A stretch of 63,966 bases of DNA, filler included, from Reticulomyxa filosa (GCA_000512085.1; 22 parts of 22 records of this genome joined end to end with filler, not necessarily neighbours in it), one strand, 5' to 3'; shown: positions 50,214-62,659, counted from the first letter of the whole stretch. Program-made: numbers and translations. The notes: generated from the sequence alone by a model not told the origin.

Positions 50214-51308
50214 TATGGTAAAAGTTAGACCGCAATCAGTTTTGTCTATGTTATGGGACCTTACGTGAGTATAACTGAAAATTGACTTATGATGAAATTG
50301 TATTGATAATTATAAAAATCCAAAAGTATATTTGAGTAGTCCAAGTGTCCCTCTTTCAAAAATGTAATTTGGTTGGATTATATGATTTTTAGTTTTGTAT
50401 TACCCTAATGAACAATGACTCAAGATTTAAGGGTTTATAAAAAAAAATGAATACAAATTTGAAAAATTCGAAATCACAAAACCACTCTGGGACGATAGAT
50501 AAATGAATTGCAGACACTGGGGTGAAATTCCGGTGAAAAAATATTGATTTGGTACAGAGTTGGACCGCAATCAGTTTTTATTCGGCTGTAATGGCCTTAA
50601 TTAAGTATAAATGTAAATTGTCTTATAATGAAATTGTATTAATAATTATACAAACTTATAAATATATTTGAGTTGCCCAAGTGCTCTTCTTTTTAAAACG
50701 CCACTTGGTTGGGCTGTGTGATGTTTAGCCTTGGAGTACTGTAATGGGGGATGAAGAAACAATTACGGGGCTATAAAAGGACCTAAGTGTTGATAACAAA
50801 ATGAAAAAATATAAAAAACATAAAATGACCAAACCAATTTAGGATGATAGGCCAATATATTGCAAACACATTTGTGAAATTCCGGTAAAAAAATATCGGT
50901 ATGGTAAAAAGTTAGACCGCAATCAGTTTTGTCTATGTTATGGGACCTTACGTGAGTATAACTGAAAATTGACTTATGATGAAATTGTATTGATAATTAT
51001 AAAAATCCAAAAGTATATTTGAGTAGTCCAAGTGTCCCTCTTTCAAAAATGTAATTTGGTTGGATTATATGATTTTTAGTTTTGTATTACCCTAATGAAC
51101 AATGACTCAAGATTTAAGGGTTTATAAAAAAAAATGAATACAAATTTGAAAAATTCGAAATCACAAAACCACTCTGGGACGATAGATAAATGAATTGCAG
51201 ACACTGGGGTGAAATTCCGGTGAAAAAATATTGATTTGGTACAGAGTTGGACCGCAATCAGTTTTTATTCGGCTGGTAATGGCCTTAATTAAGTATAAAT
51301 GTAAATTG
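50214..51308. repeat. Satellite: 687-bp higher-order unit of two diverged monomers (335 + 352 bp)
   Basis: Anchor GACCGCAATCAG at 50228, 50563, 50915 and 51250. Alternate monomers are near-identical; adjacent ones are diverged. Confidence 0.92.
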
Positions 51309-51408
51309 NNNNNNNNNNNNNNNNNNNNNNNNNNNNNNNNNNNNNNNNNNNNTTAATTAATTAANNNNNNNNNNNNNNNNNNNNNNNNNNNNNNNNNNNN
51401 NNNNNNNN

Positions 51409-52550
51409 AAGAAAAAGAAAAAGAAAAAGAAGAAGAAAAAGAGGAAGATAAACAAATAGTGACCACGCAAAAACTGGAAAAAGATGTATTGTCATTTGAA
51501 AACAAAACAAACGAGGAAAAGAAGATATTCACAGCAAATTCACAAAAAAATACAGAAATAATCATTTGACATGGACTGATGTGAAATTGCCAACGAACAT
51601 TCCACAAACTCATTTGTTACAGCAAATCGACAATCCTTATCAATGTGTGTTCATTTTTTATCACAAGTACGTCCCCGACACGGCCAAGTTTGCTTTGAAC
51701 TTGCCTCATCAGTTGAAAAAGAAGGTCATTGCCACTTTTAAGGCGTTTCAACAGAACATGCGCACCGTGTGCAAACAACTTCACGCGCAAGACAACTCTG
51801 CGCAAGCACATGCCAATCATGACCCACTCACTCCGTCTACTCCAGCCACTTGGAAACAAAAGCTCTTTTCTTCTCGCCATTTCTCTGCTTATTCTTCCAA
51901 TCTCCAAAATCTTGTGCATGTCAACTCCTCCTCTTCTTCTTCTCATCACGCAAACTTGCTCGATCACTCCGCAAATCAACCCTCCAGGAGTGCCTCCATC
52001 TCGGCCTCCACTCCTGCCACTGCTCTCGCCCCTGCTCCGTCTTCCGCTGTCACCAATGCTACCTCCGGCTCTTCTACCTCGTCCACGTTGTCCGACTTTA
52101 GCGTTCGAGGTGACCAGTCGAGTTTGAGTTCTGACACATCTTTTTTTTTTCTCTCTCTCTCTCTCTCTCTTTCATGGCATGCAATAGTATAAATACATTT
52201 TTTGCTTGTTGATGAACCCAAAAAAGCCGAAATGACGTCGCTCCAACGTATCGCAATGCAAGATACAGCAATGAAAAGTTACACGCTGTCTGTGCTTGTT
52301 TGAGAAAAGGAAAAATACACTCCCCTTTTTTTTTTGCAGATTTGCTGTCCGAGCTAATTACATTATTTGATGAAATTGCAGAGGAAGCATTTGGATTGAT
52401 TAAAGATGCTTTTCGTCGATTTACTGGCCGAAAAGTTATGTGCTTTTGTTTGTTTGTTGGTTTGGTTTCAGTTTAACTTTGGTATTTATTTATTCTTTAC
52501 TTATTTTGGGGCGACAGGAGTATAAAAAGTTGATCGAGGCAAGGAAGTAA
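51409..52550 (+). CDS. RGS-domain protein C-terminus (5' partial, multi-exon)
   Basis: IFYHKYVPDTAKFALNLPHQLKKKV, then a Ser-rich insert, then LFDEIAEEAFGLIKDAFRRFTGRK|EYKKLIEARK*: the RGS I..KY+...A..+N+ and F.......LM.D.F.RF pattern. Confidence 0.75.
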
Positions 52551-52977
52551 GAAAAGGAAAGATGATCCGATAATTGCAACTGCCGTCAACCTAACAAAAC
52601 GAAATAATTTTTTTTTTATCTTTTCACATTTTTGGTGTATACACACAAATATTCCGCACGTTATCAAAGCGTGCAAGGTCAAAAGTGTGATTGAAAAGTT
52701 GAACAAATAAAATAAAGTATAAGTAATTAATTTTTGGAATGTTAAAAATAATTTTTTAATCACTTAGCCTTATCAATTCAAACACAAATCAAAAAATTAT
52801 GTGTCTGCTAATTTTTTTTTTTTTTTGCTCTCAGAGGACCTCAGAGAACAATGCTTTTAATAACCGAAGGTAATGATTTTAAAAGTTTTGAATTGATTCG
52901 TTGAAATAGTGATAATAAGCAAATTAAAAGAGCAGAACTTTAAAAAAAAACAAAAGTTTTTTCCAGTCTCTTTTATG

Positions 52978-53637
52978 TCACGCTTTAAAGTTGTAAAGAA
53001 AAAAATTGAGTGCTCCAACGATAGTAGTAATAGATTTGTCTTTTGAGGCAAGGTCGAAATCCTTTAAAAATTGGTCTTTATTGGAGGACAGTTGAATAGA
53101 TGACGAATTGGTGTCTGTGGAAGATGGTTGCGCGAGGTCAATTTGCATGCCATTGTCATTTTGTTGACCACGAACACTACCATACTTTTCCTCATCAACA
53201 AGGACAATAAAATGTGGGGCGATGGAAGGGTCAAAAGTGATTTTGACTGTATGAATTCGATCCATCTTGGAAATGAAAACTTGGACTCCAGATAGTTTGA
53301 GAAATTGTAAGTCGTCAACAAGTTGGATATTACTCGAATGAAATGCTTCCAGTTCCAATATCACTTCCGTTTTCTCTTCTTTATTTTCATTGTCAACAGC
53401 AGAATAATTGTTTGACACCATATTCATTACATCTTTTGCTATCTTCAATATATCACAGCATTTATATATATACACATATATATGTAATATTATTGGAGAG
53501 CAATAGAATACTTTTGTGTTTGTAATTTTTTTTTTTTTTTTTTTTTTTTTAAGAAATCTGTAATTGATGTTCGAGCTTTGCTTTTTCAAAATGTTTGAGG
53601 AAGTGATCAAAGCCAGCAGGGATTTGGATATTCCTCA
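52978..53637 (-). CDS. Hypothetical protein C-terminus (partial, intron-containing)
   Basis: Coding-like frame from about 53450 to 52978; no recognisable domain. Confidence 0.4.
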
Positions 53638-53737
53638 NNNNNNNNNNNNNNNNNNNNNNNNNNNNNNNNNNNNNNNNNNNNTTAATTAATTAANNNNNNN
53701 NNNNNNNNNNNNNNNNNNNNNNNNNNNNNNNNNNNNN

Positions 53738-54235
53738 AAAAAAAAATGAAAAACTTTTTTTAAAAAGAATTTTATTTTTTTTTCCGAAACGATGCTTCGT
53801 TTTGGGCTCTCCAGGAGCTGGAAATCTTGGGTCCCTTGACTGAAACTCTTGGGAAACTCTGAACCTTGCGTTCGGAGGGGTTCTTCTTATTGGAAGCTCT
53901 TGTGGCGCGCTGCCTTTAGAATTTTTTTTTTTAATTAACTTTTTGGGCTTGCTTGTTGCCACTGCTATTTCTCGCTCAGTGGACTCTGGCTTTGAGTCCG
54001 ATGGCTTGTGTCGGTTTTCCAACGTCTTCTCAAACTTTCTTCGCTGCTGGCGAGACTCGATGTCGTCGTATGATTCTCTTAGCTTCTCCCCAAACGTTGT
54101 AGGCTCCTCGTCGGAATATTTATCGAGGATTGACTTTCTTATGCTTTCCAGTGCAAAAAAACCATTACTTTCTGGATCATCTATCCCATTGCTATTCAAA
54201 AACTCTATGTCTGTTTGTTCTTGATGATCCTCCAT
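53738..54235 (-). CDS. Probable rRNA biogenesis protein RRP36-like N-terminus (3' partial)
   Basis: Acidic then basic N-terminus followed by KGSAPQELPIRR..RFRV..SRDPRF, resembling the Rrp36 P.E.S....RDPRF motif. Confidence 0.5.
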
Positions 54236-55324
54236 TATCTAGACTTTTTTTGGGATTGGCAGGCTTATAATATAAGTAAACATTCACAGCTCCCTTTCAT
54301 CTTGGAGGAGCTCATATTTCCATTTTTTGCTACATTAGCTCTTTATGATTATTGAAACTTTAAGCAAAGACAGGCTTGTCGGACAATGAAACAGATTAGC
54401 ATAAGTAAATGGTTTCAACAAAAAATAAAAAAAGTAATCTAAGCCTTTCTTTATTTAAACTACACTTTTATTCACACAAAAAGTCTTATTTCTTCAAAGG
54501 TTAGAAACACTAGGTTTCGTCCGCGAGTGTTTTGTTTTTTTGCCAGAGGTTACGTCCCATACTTTAACCGTGAAATCGAAACAAATTGCTTCTGTCTTTT
54601 TTCTCATTAAAAAAAAAGTGAATAATATTCTGTTCCATTATTTGAACAAGATTAGAAGTAATGATTAAATAGAAGAAAAAAAAAATGGTGGTATTGCCCA
54701 CCACAATACATTCACGTACGCAAGCAATTTTTTATTCATTTCATTTATCTATTATTGATGACAGTTCTTTTTTTTATATCTTTGTTCTCTTTTTAATGAA
54801 CTTTGTTTTTTTTTATTTTTGGAGTGAAATATTACTGAATGTTTTTTTTATGAATGCTGAGTAATTATGATATTTATTTATTTTGATGTCACTTTCTTTG
54901 TTATAATCTTAAAATAAAGATTATCGCCGGAATTTACAATTTACTTTTGTCTTTGGAATATTTGATTTGTGATCATATTCATTTCATTAACCAATGAATA
55001 TTCCAATTCGTAGAAGTGTCTATAAAAATGTAAAGTCGATCTATTTCTCATTTACTTGAACAAGACTTCCTTTTGCTACAATTAAGAGAAAAATTCAATC
55101 TAAAAGGAACGAAAGTATTTCTTTATGTGCTAAATTTGATAAGATAGAGTTTTGTTAACAATCATTTGAAAAAACTCTTCTAAATTGTATTTTAGTTTTG
55201 TAACAAAGATTACAAATTGAAAAACTGTGCCGTAATTTTAAATCAAGGTTCTAACAAAAGGAGAGACAGTAAACTTCTTAATTTAACGTGTCCCCCGTAA
55301 TACTCTTTTTTTTGTTAATTGAGA

Positions 55325-55564
55325 ATGACTTCAAAATACAAGCGGGGTAAGGTCTCAGAGCAAATAGGAAACAATAATACATGGCTATTCCAACAGAATT
55401 TCCCTGAGATTGAGAAAGAAATCATTTTACAAGTATGGAACTGTTGTGACGAAGATATTGACGAAACAAATGAAATATTGCACTATGTCAATGATAATAG
55501 GTTGACCATTAAATCTACGTGTTTAATTATCTTTTTTCTGAAGTGTATCAACTTTGTTCTTTCA
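55325..55564 (+). CDS. Protein N-terminus with CUE-like motif (partial)
   Basis: FQQNFPEIEKEIILQVWNCCDEDIDETNEIL fits the CUE FP..+..+I..+L.....+D..+..L pattern. Confidence 0.45.
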
Positions 55565-55689
55565 NNNNNNNNNNNNNNNNNNNNNNNNNNNNNNNNNNNN
55601 NNNNNNNNTTAATTAATTAANNNNNNNNNNNNNNNNNNNNNNNNNNNNNNNNNNNNNNNNNNNNTTTTTTTTGCAGAATTTAATAAATT

Positions 55690-55819
55690 CAAAATGATAT
55701 TTAAAAAGTACACAATTTGTAGATATTTTTTTAAAAAATTAGATCTGAATGTTGTTTTTTCATGTAGAAAATTAATAATCTCTATATGTGCCGTTTATGT
55801 GTCAACTTTACTTTGCATT
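55690..55819 (-). mobile_element. MITE family copy (reverse orientation, partial)
   Basis: The reverse complement reads aatgcaaagtaaagttgacacataaacggcac...catgaaaaaacaacattca...tttttaaatatcattttg, matching the left end of 26981-27401. Confidence 0.75.
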
Positions 55820-57807
55820 CTCCTCGTTTTCTTTAAACTCGAAATAGCGAGTGATCGTTCGAGAAGAAGTAAAAGGTTCGTCATATGCTTCATACTCTAG
55901 CTTTCTTCGCTTACCAAATTTTGAGTAATTGAAACGGTTGATATTCCTTGTCATTTGTAATGAACAAAGTTAGGAAGTTTGAAACTTTTTTTTTGGACTT
56001 ACCACCATTTGTTTTTTTAAAAGTTAAACAAAATTAAACCATTTTATTTTGCATAAATTTCATTTGTCCAATTTTCAAAAGGCCATCTTTTTTTGGTATA
56101 CAAACTTATGAAATTCTAATAAATAAATTAGAATCAGAAATACTTACAACGACAAAGGATAAGTCAAATATTATTTTAAAAGTTTAATTCAGATAAATTC
56201 GGACTAATATCAAAGGATTATGTAGCGATCTGTAATTCGTTCATAAGAAGAAATAAGAATATAACAAAGCATAATATTATTAATCTGTGTTATAGTGCAA
56301 ATTCACATTTGGTATAGTCTAATATTTCCATAAATAAAATTTGTTTGAATGATTTACTTTTTATGTGAATTAAATAAAACAAATTTTCTCAACTAATTGA
56401 TATTTAGTGTTTCTATCATTAGCATTTAATTTTCACTTGTTCAAAGACTATTGTCAAATAGTTCTTATTCTAATCTGATTTACACCTTTAGATGCTGTCA
56501 TTTTTACAAAATTTCAGCTTAATTGCAATTGTCAATTTTTTTAACAGCTCGAGAATACACAACTCTAAAAAAAAAAGTACTATTTCTTTATTGATAATAA
56601 GAAACATATTTAATACATTTTAAAATGTAGAACGTTAGAAGTTTGCTTGAAAAAAAATATCAAATAGAGATAATGTTCTTCCAGTTAACGGCCATTATTT
56701 CTCTAGGAACGTGTGATAAGCAAGGTTCATCAATTTGTTAACACTACAATTTTTTATAAAAAATTTCAACTTTAAATAACAATATTTAAAAGATAAGGAC
56801 AAAACCATTTTCATTTGGGATGTTGAGAGAACTAAACAATTGATATAAGATAAAAGTATCTGTTTCTGTGATATTCGATCAAATAAGAATAAATTGCATG
56901 TGATGATAATTACGATAATGTGATAAGTTGTTTTAAATTATTACAATTAAAAAGAGCAGAAAAAGCAATAAATCATAGCTGTGATATTAGTCAATTTACG
57001 TAATATTTCAATTATTTTTTATTCTCTAATTAAACAGCTTGATTGCATTTTGTTTATAAATAAAAGCAAAAGATTAGTTTATGCAAAATATTCCAAGTAC
57101 TAACACAGTTTTGATTAAATTTCTTGTTATAAACTTAGCATTTTCTAATTCATGTTGTACATCTATTATATACACAAAAAAAGATAATAATAATTGCAGA
57201 ATTGTATAGTTCAATTTTTTTACTTATATTACCTGGATGAAAGGAAATGATAGAGGAAGTAGTGAAATATATTGTAAATTTGTTTATGTTTTTATAGATG
57301 ATTAATACATTGAAAAAACAGAAACAATGATTAACTGCAAATAACAAATTAGTTATTTTATTTGTCAATGTTCTTTGTCTTTTTTAACTAAAGTAAACAA
57401 TAAATAATACTGTAAGATCAATAAGCTTTTGTTTATGATATCTTTCAGTCAAATATTTTTTGTTTTAAATATTATAGGGCTATTCAATTTCTTGATTTAT
57501 CAAGCGTAACATATTTACATTTATTCACAGAAGAGCAAAATCTGAAAATGGATTGAGTTGAAAAATACCCATAATTGATTTGTCTTGATCTTGAAACATC
57601 TTCATCATAGAATTTTTTTTGACATCATTTATTACAAGTTCAATTTAAAAAAAAAGTGAATGTAAAAATTAAAGGAATTTCAATCTTTCTTTTTGATAAA
57701 ACATATTTATTCTTTTCCATTTCAAATCTTAAATTTTCGATTTGAAATTTCTTCGCATGTTTTATTTGATTAAATTCCAAAAAGAAATTTTTTTCTTCTT
57801 TTCTATC

Positions 57808-60800
57808 TTAAAATTTTTCTAAATCAATAAGATCTCTGACCGAGCTGCAACCCATCATCCCGCTCGAGATAAGATGATATTTTTCTTCTCCCTGATATGG
57901 TTGGTAGTGTACCATTCTGTATCTTGAAAGGGTAGGACCGTACCGGACCGAATGATAACTCATTCTCTGAGGGGCAAGCACCGTTCCCATTTGATCCTCT
58001 AAATCCTTCTCTTCCTTTACAATCCAGCTTCTCTCCGCTTCCAGTTCCGTCAATTCCATTTTCCTCTTCTCCAAATCCACTTTCCTTTTTTCCTCCTCCA
58101 ATTCCTCTGGGATACCAAGGTTTCTCATAACCTTCTTTTCCAAAATATTTCCCAATTGTCGATTTTTGTTTTGTTTTGTTTTCTTTATTTCCTTTTCCTT
58201 CTCATCTTTCTTTTCCTGTTTTTTCTGAGAAGAATAACTCGAATTGTTTTTTGAAATACTGTTTTTAGTTAAATCGTTCAATTCTAAAAAATTTTTTCCC
58301 ATTAACTCCATCTTTTTTTTAAATTTTTTTACTTTCGCATCTTCACAACCTTTTTCCATTTTCTTTTTTCTCAAAATATTTCTCCTTATAATAGAAGAAT
58401 ATGCTGCTCTTTTTTTCCGTGGTTTTCCAAGGGCGGTATCAACTCCATCAGAATGATTGACATCTTGATCAGAATGATTCAGTTCCTGACGTTTTCTTTT
58501 TTTCTTCTCACGAAGAGGTAAATCAATTTCCTTTGTTTTATTTTTTTCTGTTTCTTCTTTATTTTCCTCCTCATTTTCCGCAATTTTTTGAATTTCATTT
58601 TCATCTTCATCTAATTCACTTTCAATCTCATTATCAGTAGTTTCCATAACGGAATTTTCTTCCGTTAAAAATTCATTGACCTTTTTCTCCACGTTTTCCT
58701 CGAGTGCTTTTATATACATTGCAACTCTATTTTTTATAAATAAAATAATAGACGTATCCTTTCGAACTTTCGACAGTTCCTCGTACATTTTATTTCCAAA
58801 AACAGAGCCCCACTCTTCTTCTTTTACATTAAAAAATCTTAAAATTCCACAAACAACCATCCCAGTTCGATGAATACCAGCGTCACAATGAATATATAAA
58901 TTTTGACCATTTTTTGTCAAATTTTTTACTAATTCCAAAATTGTAATTAATTGTTCATTTGTTATATTATACGATTTATCAATATTAAAATGAAAGAACT
59001 TTTTTCCATTTCTTTTTGCGATATCACTTGATTGTTTCATTGAATTTTGTGATAAACATATTATTACATCAAATGCACATTCTTGAGACCGAACAAAATT
59101 TCTTGAAGGAGTGCCTCCAAAATAAATTTTTCCATTTTGAATTTTAAAATGTGGTCTCTCTTGAACAGCAATCTTATTTTCTTGGCAAAAGTTCTTATGA
59201 TGGTTTTTATAACATATCGAACAAATTGCATTTGGACAATCTAAATCCCAATGATTTCCTGTACAAAAGAAACAATATCCATTCGGTAGCTGTTTTGCAT
59301 ATTTTTCAAAACAATTTACAACAATATGTCCTCTGTTTCCACATCTTTCACATATTGTATTCCCAAATATTTCTTTTCCAACTTCTTTAAGAATTTTTTC
59401 CTCCTTTCTGTGATTTCGATCCTTTTTTGCGACATCAAAAGCAGGACGAATATCATCAAGAACATTATTTTCACTTTTTCCAAAAATCGTAATTAAAATG
59501 TTTGCAACACTTTGTTTTGTTGATTTTCCTTTTGATTCAAGCTCATCTAAACCAGCCATTATTTTTGTACCATAAATAATATAATCTGAAATTAAACCAT
59601 TCACTTCAATAATATTTACTTTCATTTTCATCTCCTTAATAGTATCGGAACAATTTTTTTGAACCATATTTTGAGAATTTGCAAAAAAAACTTGAACCTC
59701 GGGCATTTTTACATGCCATCTTTCTTTAATGCCATTCATTCGTAATGCAATAATTTTTTTAATTAATAAAGCTCGACTGATTAATTTTTCCGCATAATCT
59801 GCAATATTTCTTTTTACTTTTAATATTTCTTCCAATTCTTGTTCATTTTTTTCATCGTTATCTTCTTGTACACAATTTGAAAACTTTTCAATTGCTTGAC
59901 AAATCTTTAAAGAATAAGAATTTGCTATTTTTGATAACTTTTTTGATTCAGCAATCAATTTTGCATTGCAACATCGAAAAATAATTAACCAATATCGAAT
60001 TGATAAAAGTCGAGCACTTTTTAAAAAATTAAATGAAAGATTTTCCAAATTAATAATATCGTTTTTATCTAATTCATTTAATGCTTTTTCGACTACGTTA
60101 TTTCTTGCATCCCCAGACGTAAATACCTTTATACTACTAGTAAATTTTTGATTATATTTTAAAGAATTACATGGAATTATCGAACAGTAATGTAAAAGTT
60201 GCATAAAATGCAGACACTGAATATTTTCAATATTGCGATCTTTTTCCGCATTTGCAATGAAATGGTCAATTGCAATACAATTGGCAGTAAGACGATCGAT
60301 AGGTAAATCACTTGCATCATCCCTTAAAATTCGATCAGCACACAAATTATTATCAATAATTAGATTATAATTTGCAAGAATTGCATTATCACGTTCCCTT
60401 TGTCTTGCTCCTTCAACAAAGTCAAAAATAATTTTTTCCCTTTCAGAATCCGAATCACCAAGATTATAAATGTCAGATTCCGTATTTTCCACATTTGTTG
60501 AAACAAATTTTTCTAATAAGGTAATTCTTGATGAAATATCAAAACCAACCTCACTATTACGAAATTCACGAAACCAACCATCCTTATATTCCCCAATTGT
60601 CTCCGGATTTTTTTTTAACAGTGAATTTTTACTCGATTCTAGTAATTCCTCTTTCATTTCCTTTGGGACATTTATGTTGTCACCATTAAAATTCATTGTT
60701 GTTTGATTATTTTTTTTCATGTTTAATTCTTTCCAAGCTTTTTCAATTTGGAAGACCTGATTGAAAGGACACTCGCGTTTATTACACAAAACGTGTTTAT

Positions 60801-62646
60801 TTATTTCCTCATGTAACATATTTTCATGCGCAAAATTTAAGTGAAAACAAATTGCACAATGATCTCTTTCACATCCAATTTGTCCGTGAAGTTTTACTTT
60901 TTCCATCAATAGATGATCATCACACATAGACTGATCTTTACATTCGTCATCGTGAATATGTGTCAACATATTAAAAAATCTCTCTATTGAATAACAAATG
61001 GAACAATAAACAATCTCGCATGTTTCCGAAGAGTGAATTTTTTTTAAAAGTTCCAATTCCTCCAGTTGTTGATTGTTACTTTTTGATAATTTATTCCCAA
61101 CACTTTGCCAATTTGATATATCCGTTTCCAACTCATTCGAAAATGTCACGTTTTTTTCTTCTTGTAATCTGTCCTTTTTGTTTTTATTTTTACTTTCCAT
61201 AAATTTACTAGGATCCAACTCACCAATTACATGATGTTCCACACTTGTTTCCGAATCTTCAATTTCACTTTCAGTTCCTAAACCCACAATTTCCGAATTT
61301 TGGATAGGATTTTTCTTATTTACCTTTGAGCCAAGCTTTTTTTTTTTTTCATTTTTTTTCTCAATATAATTTTGGAAACCAGATTCATAATTTCTAATAT
61401 TACTTATTAAATTCTTATCAATTTTTCCACAAAAAGGACATTTCTCTTCATCCTGATCAAATGACGTTTTACACTTACTACACTTGTTTGCAAATTTCAC
61501 AGTATTTTCATTTTGAGGATTGGGATTTCCTACTTCACTTTCTTTCCTTTTCTTTGGGATTTTAATAAAAAAAGAAAGCAAAGTCTTTGATTTATTCTTT
61601 CCTTTCTCACGGAGCAACTCGACATCATCAATATTTTCAGAAGAATTTTTTTTTCCTCTTTCTTCTTCATCTTCGTCAGATGAAGCAATTTCGACATATC
61701 GATTGATTTTCTTTTTCTGTTTTTCCTCGTCTTTTTCATTTTCCTCATTTTTTTCATTTTTCTCGTTTTTTTCATTTTTCTCGTCTTTTTCATTTTCATT
61801 TTCATTTTCATTTTCCTCATTTTTCTTTTTCCTTTGGATCAATTTTACAAAACCAGAAAATTTTTTCCTTTTTTGTGCAGAGAATGTATCGATCATATAA
61901 CCCGATGGTTTTTCATTCAATTTTTCAATAAAATAATTTGAAATTCTTTTTGGATCCAAATTTTGTTGCAAAGAAATCGTATCATCAATAATATTTTTTT
62001 TCATATTTTGAATATTAACAATTTCTTCTGCGAGGACTTTTCGTAAGCCCACAGGGTTTTCATCCCCAATTAAATATGCAATAAAATTTGTATGAGAAGA
62101 TTTGTATGTTTGAATTTTCCTTTTATCCGATATATAGATTGAACCGAATACTTTCATATTTTCTTTTTTTGGTATCAAGTTAGCAAACCAGTCAATTCTC
62201 TCTTCAACTTCCTTATAAGGAGGGTTGGATTGTCTCTTTAACCGACATAAAATCCATTTTTTCCAATTAAAAAAATCCCATTCTTCCATTGGGACAACAG
62301 AATTTTGAACACGGCGAAATATTCCAAAGGCACCAAAATTTCTCATGGCTCCAGATTCAAATTGCCAAAAATTTCTTGAACCACTTTCCAAGATTTTTAA
62401 AAATTTTGAAATTTCTTTCAAAATTGACATACAATCAAGTTCCTCAATTTTCATGGCGATTAAAGCTAAATATCCATCCCTTACTTCAATATGGAACGGA
62501 ACCAACACTATGGAGCAAAATTCTGGAAAGAAGAAATCCATCCATTTTTGCAACGTTTTTCCACTATTAAGCCACGCACTAGTCGTTCGAGTTTGATTTG
62601 TACCGTTTTTGTTCTGGACAACACCGTCGTCGAACCCAGTTTCCAT
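57808..62646 (-). CDS. Intronless 1612-aa protein with Zn ribbon, His/Cys clusters, three Gag-like CCHC knuckles and a CX5R (PTP/DSP-type) phosphatase domain
   Basis: CSKC..CPFC; HSSETCEIVYCSIC and HGQIGCERDHCAIC; CERCGNRGHIVVNC, CFFCTGNHWDLDC and CSICYKNHHKNFC (about 59185-59352); LYIHCDAGIHRTG (about 58861-58899). Confidence 0.8.
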   Translation of the reverse strand: METGFDDGVVQNKNGTNQTRTTSAWLNSGKTLQKWMDFFFPEFCSIVLVPFHIEVRDGYLALIAMKIEELDCMSILKEISKFLKILESGSRNFWQFESGAMRNFGAFGIFRRVQNSVVPMEEWDFFNWKKWILCRLKRQSNPPYKEVEERIDWFANLIPKKENMKVFGSIYISDKRKIQTYKSSHTNFIAYLIGDENPVGLRKVLAEEIVNIQNMKKNIIDDTISLQQNLDPKRISNYFIEKLNEKPSGYMIDTFSAQKRKKFSGFVKLIQRKKKNEENENENENEKDEKNEKNEKNEKNEENEKDEEKQKKKINRYVEIASSDEDEEERGKKNSSENIDDVELLREKGKNKSKTLLSFFIKIPKKRKESEVGNPNPQNENTVKFANKCSKCKTSFDQDEEKCPFCGKIDKNLISNIRNYESGFQNYIEKKNEKKKKLGSKVNKKNPIQNSEIVGLGTESEIEDSETSVEHHVIGELDPSKFMESKNKNKKDRLQEEKNVTFSNELETDISNWQSVGNKLSKSNNQQLEELELLKKIHSSETCEIVYCSICYSIERFFNMLTHIHDDECKDQSMCDDHLLMEKVKLHGQIGCERDHCAICFHLNFAHENMLHEEINKHVLCNKRECPFNQVFQIEKAWKELNMKKNNQTTMNFNGDNINVPKEMKEELLESSKNSLLKKNPETIGEYKDGWFREFRNSEVGFDISSRITLLEKFVSTNVENTESDIYNLGDSDSEREKIIFDFVEGARQRERDNAILANYNLIIDNNLCADRILRDDASDLPIDRLTANCIAIDHFIANAEKDRNIENIQCLHFMQLLHYCSIIPCNSLKYNQKFTSSIKVFTSGDARNNVVEKALNELDKNDIINLENLSFNFLKSARLLSIRYWLIIFRCCNAKLIAESKKLSKIANSYSLKICQAIEKFSNCVQEDNDEKNEQELEEILKVKRNIADYAEKLISRALLIKKIIALRMNGIKERWHVKMPEVQVFFANSQNMVQKNCSDTIKEMKMKVNIIEVNGLISDYIIYGTKIMAGLDELESKGKSTKQSVANILITIFGKSENNVLDDIRPAFDVAKKDRNHRKEEKILKEVGKEIFGNTICERCGNRGHIVVNCFEKYAKQLPNGYCFFCTGNHWDLDCPNAICSICYKNHHKNFCQENKIAVQERPHFKIQNGKIYFGGTPSRNFVRSQECAFDVIICLSQNSMKQSSDIAKRNGKKFFHFNIDKSYNITNEQLITILELVKNLTKNGQNLYIHCDAGIHRTGMVVCGILRFFNVKEEEWGSVFGNKMYEELSKVRKDTSIILFIKNRVAMYIKALEENVEKKVNEFLTEENSVMETTDNEIESELDEDENEIQKIAENEEENKEETEKNKTKEIDLPLREKKKRKRQELNHSDQDVNHSDGVDTALGKPRKKRAAYSSIIRRNILRKKKMEKGCEDAKVKKFKKKMELMGKNFLELNDLTKNSISKNNSSYSSQKKQEKKDEKEKEIKKTKQNKNRQLGNILEKKVMRNLGIPEELEEEKRKVDLEKRKMELTELEAERSWIVKEEKDLEDQMGTVLAPQRMSYHSVRYGPTLSRYRMVHYQPYQGEEKYHLISSGMMGCSSVRDLIDLEKF

Positions 62647-62659
62647 AAATGATGGTTCT

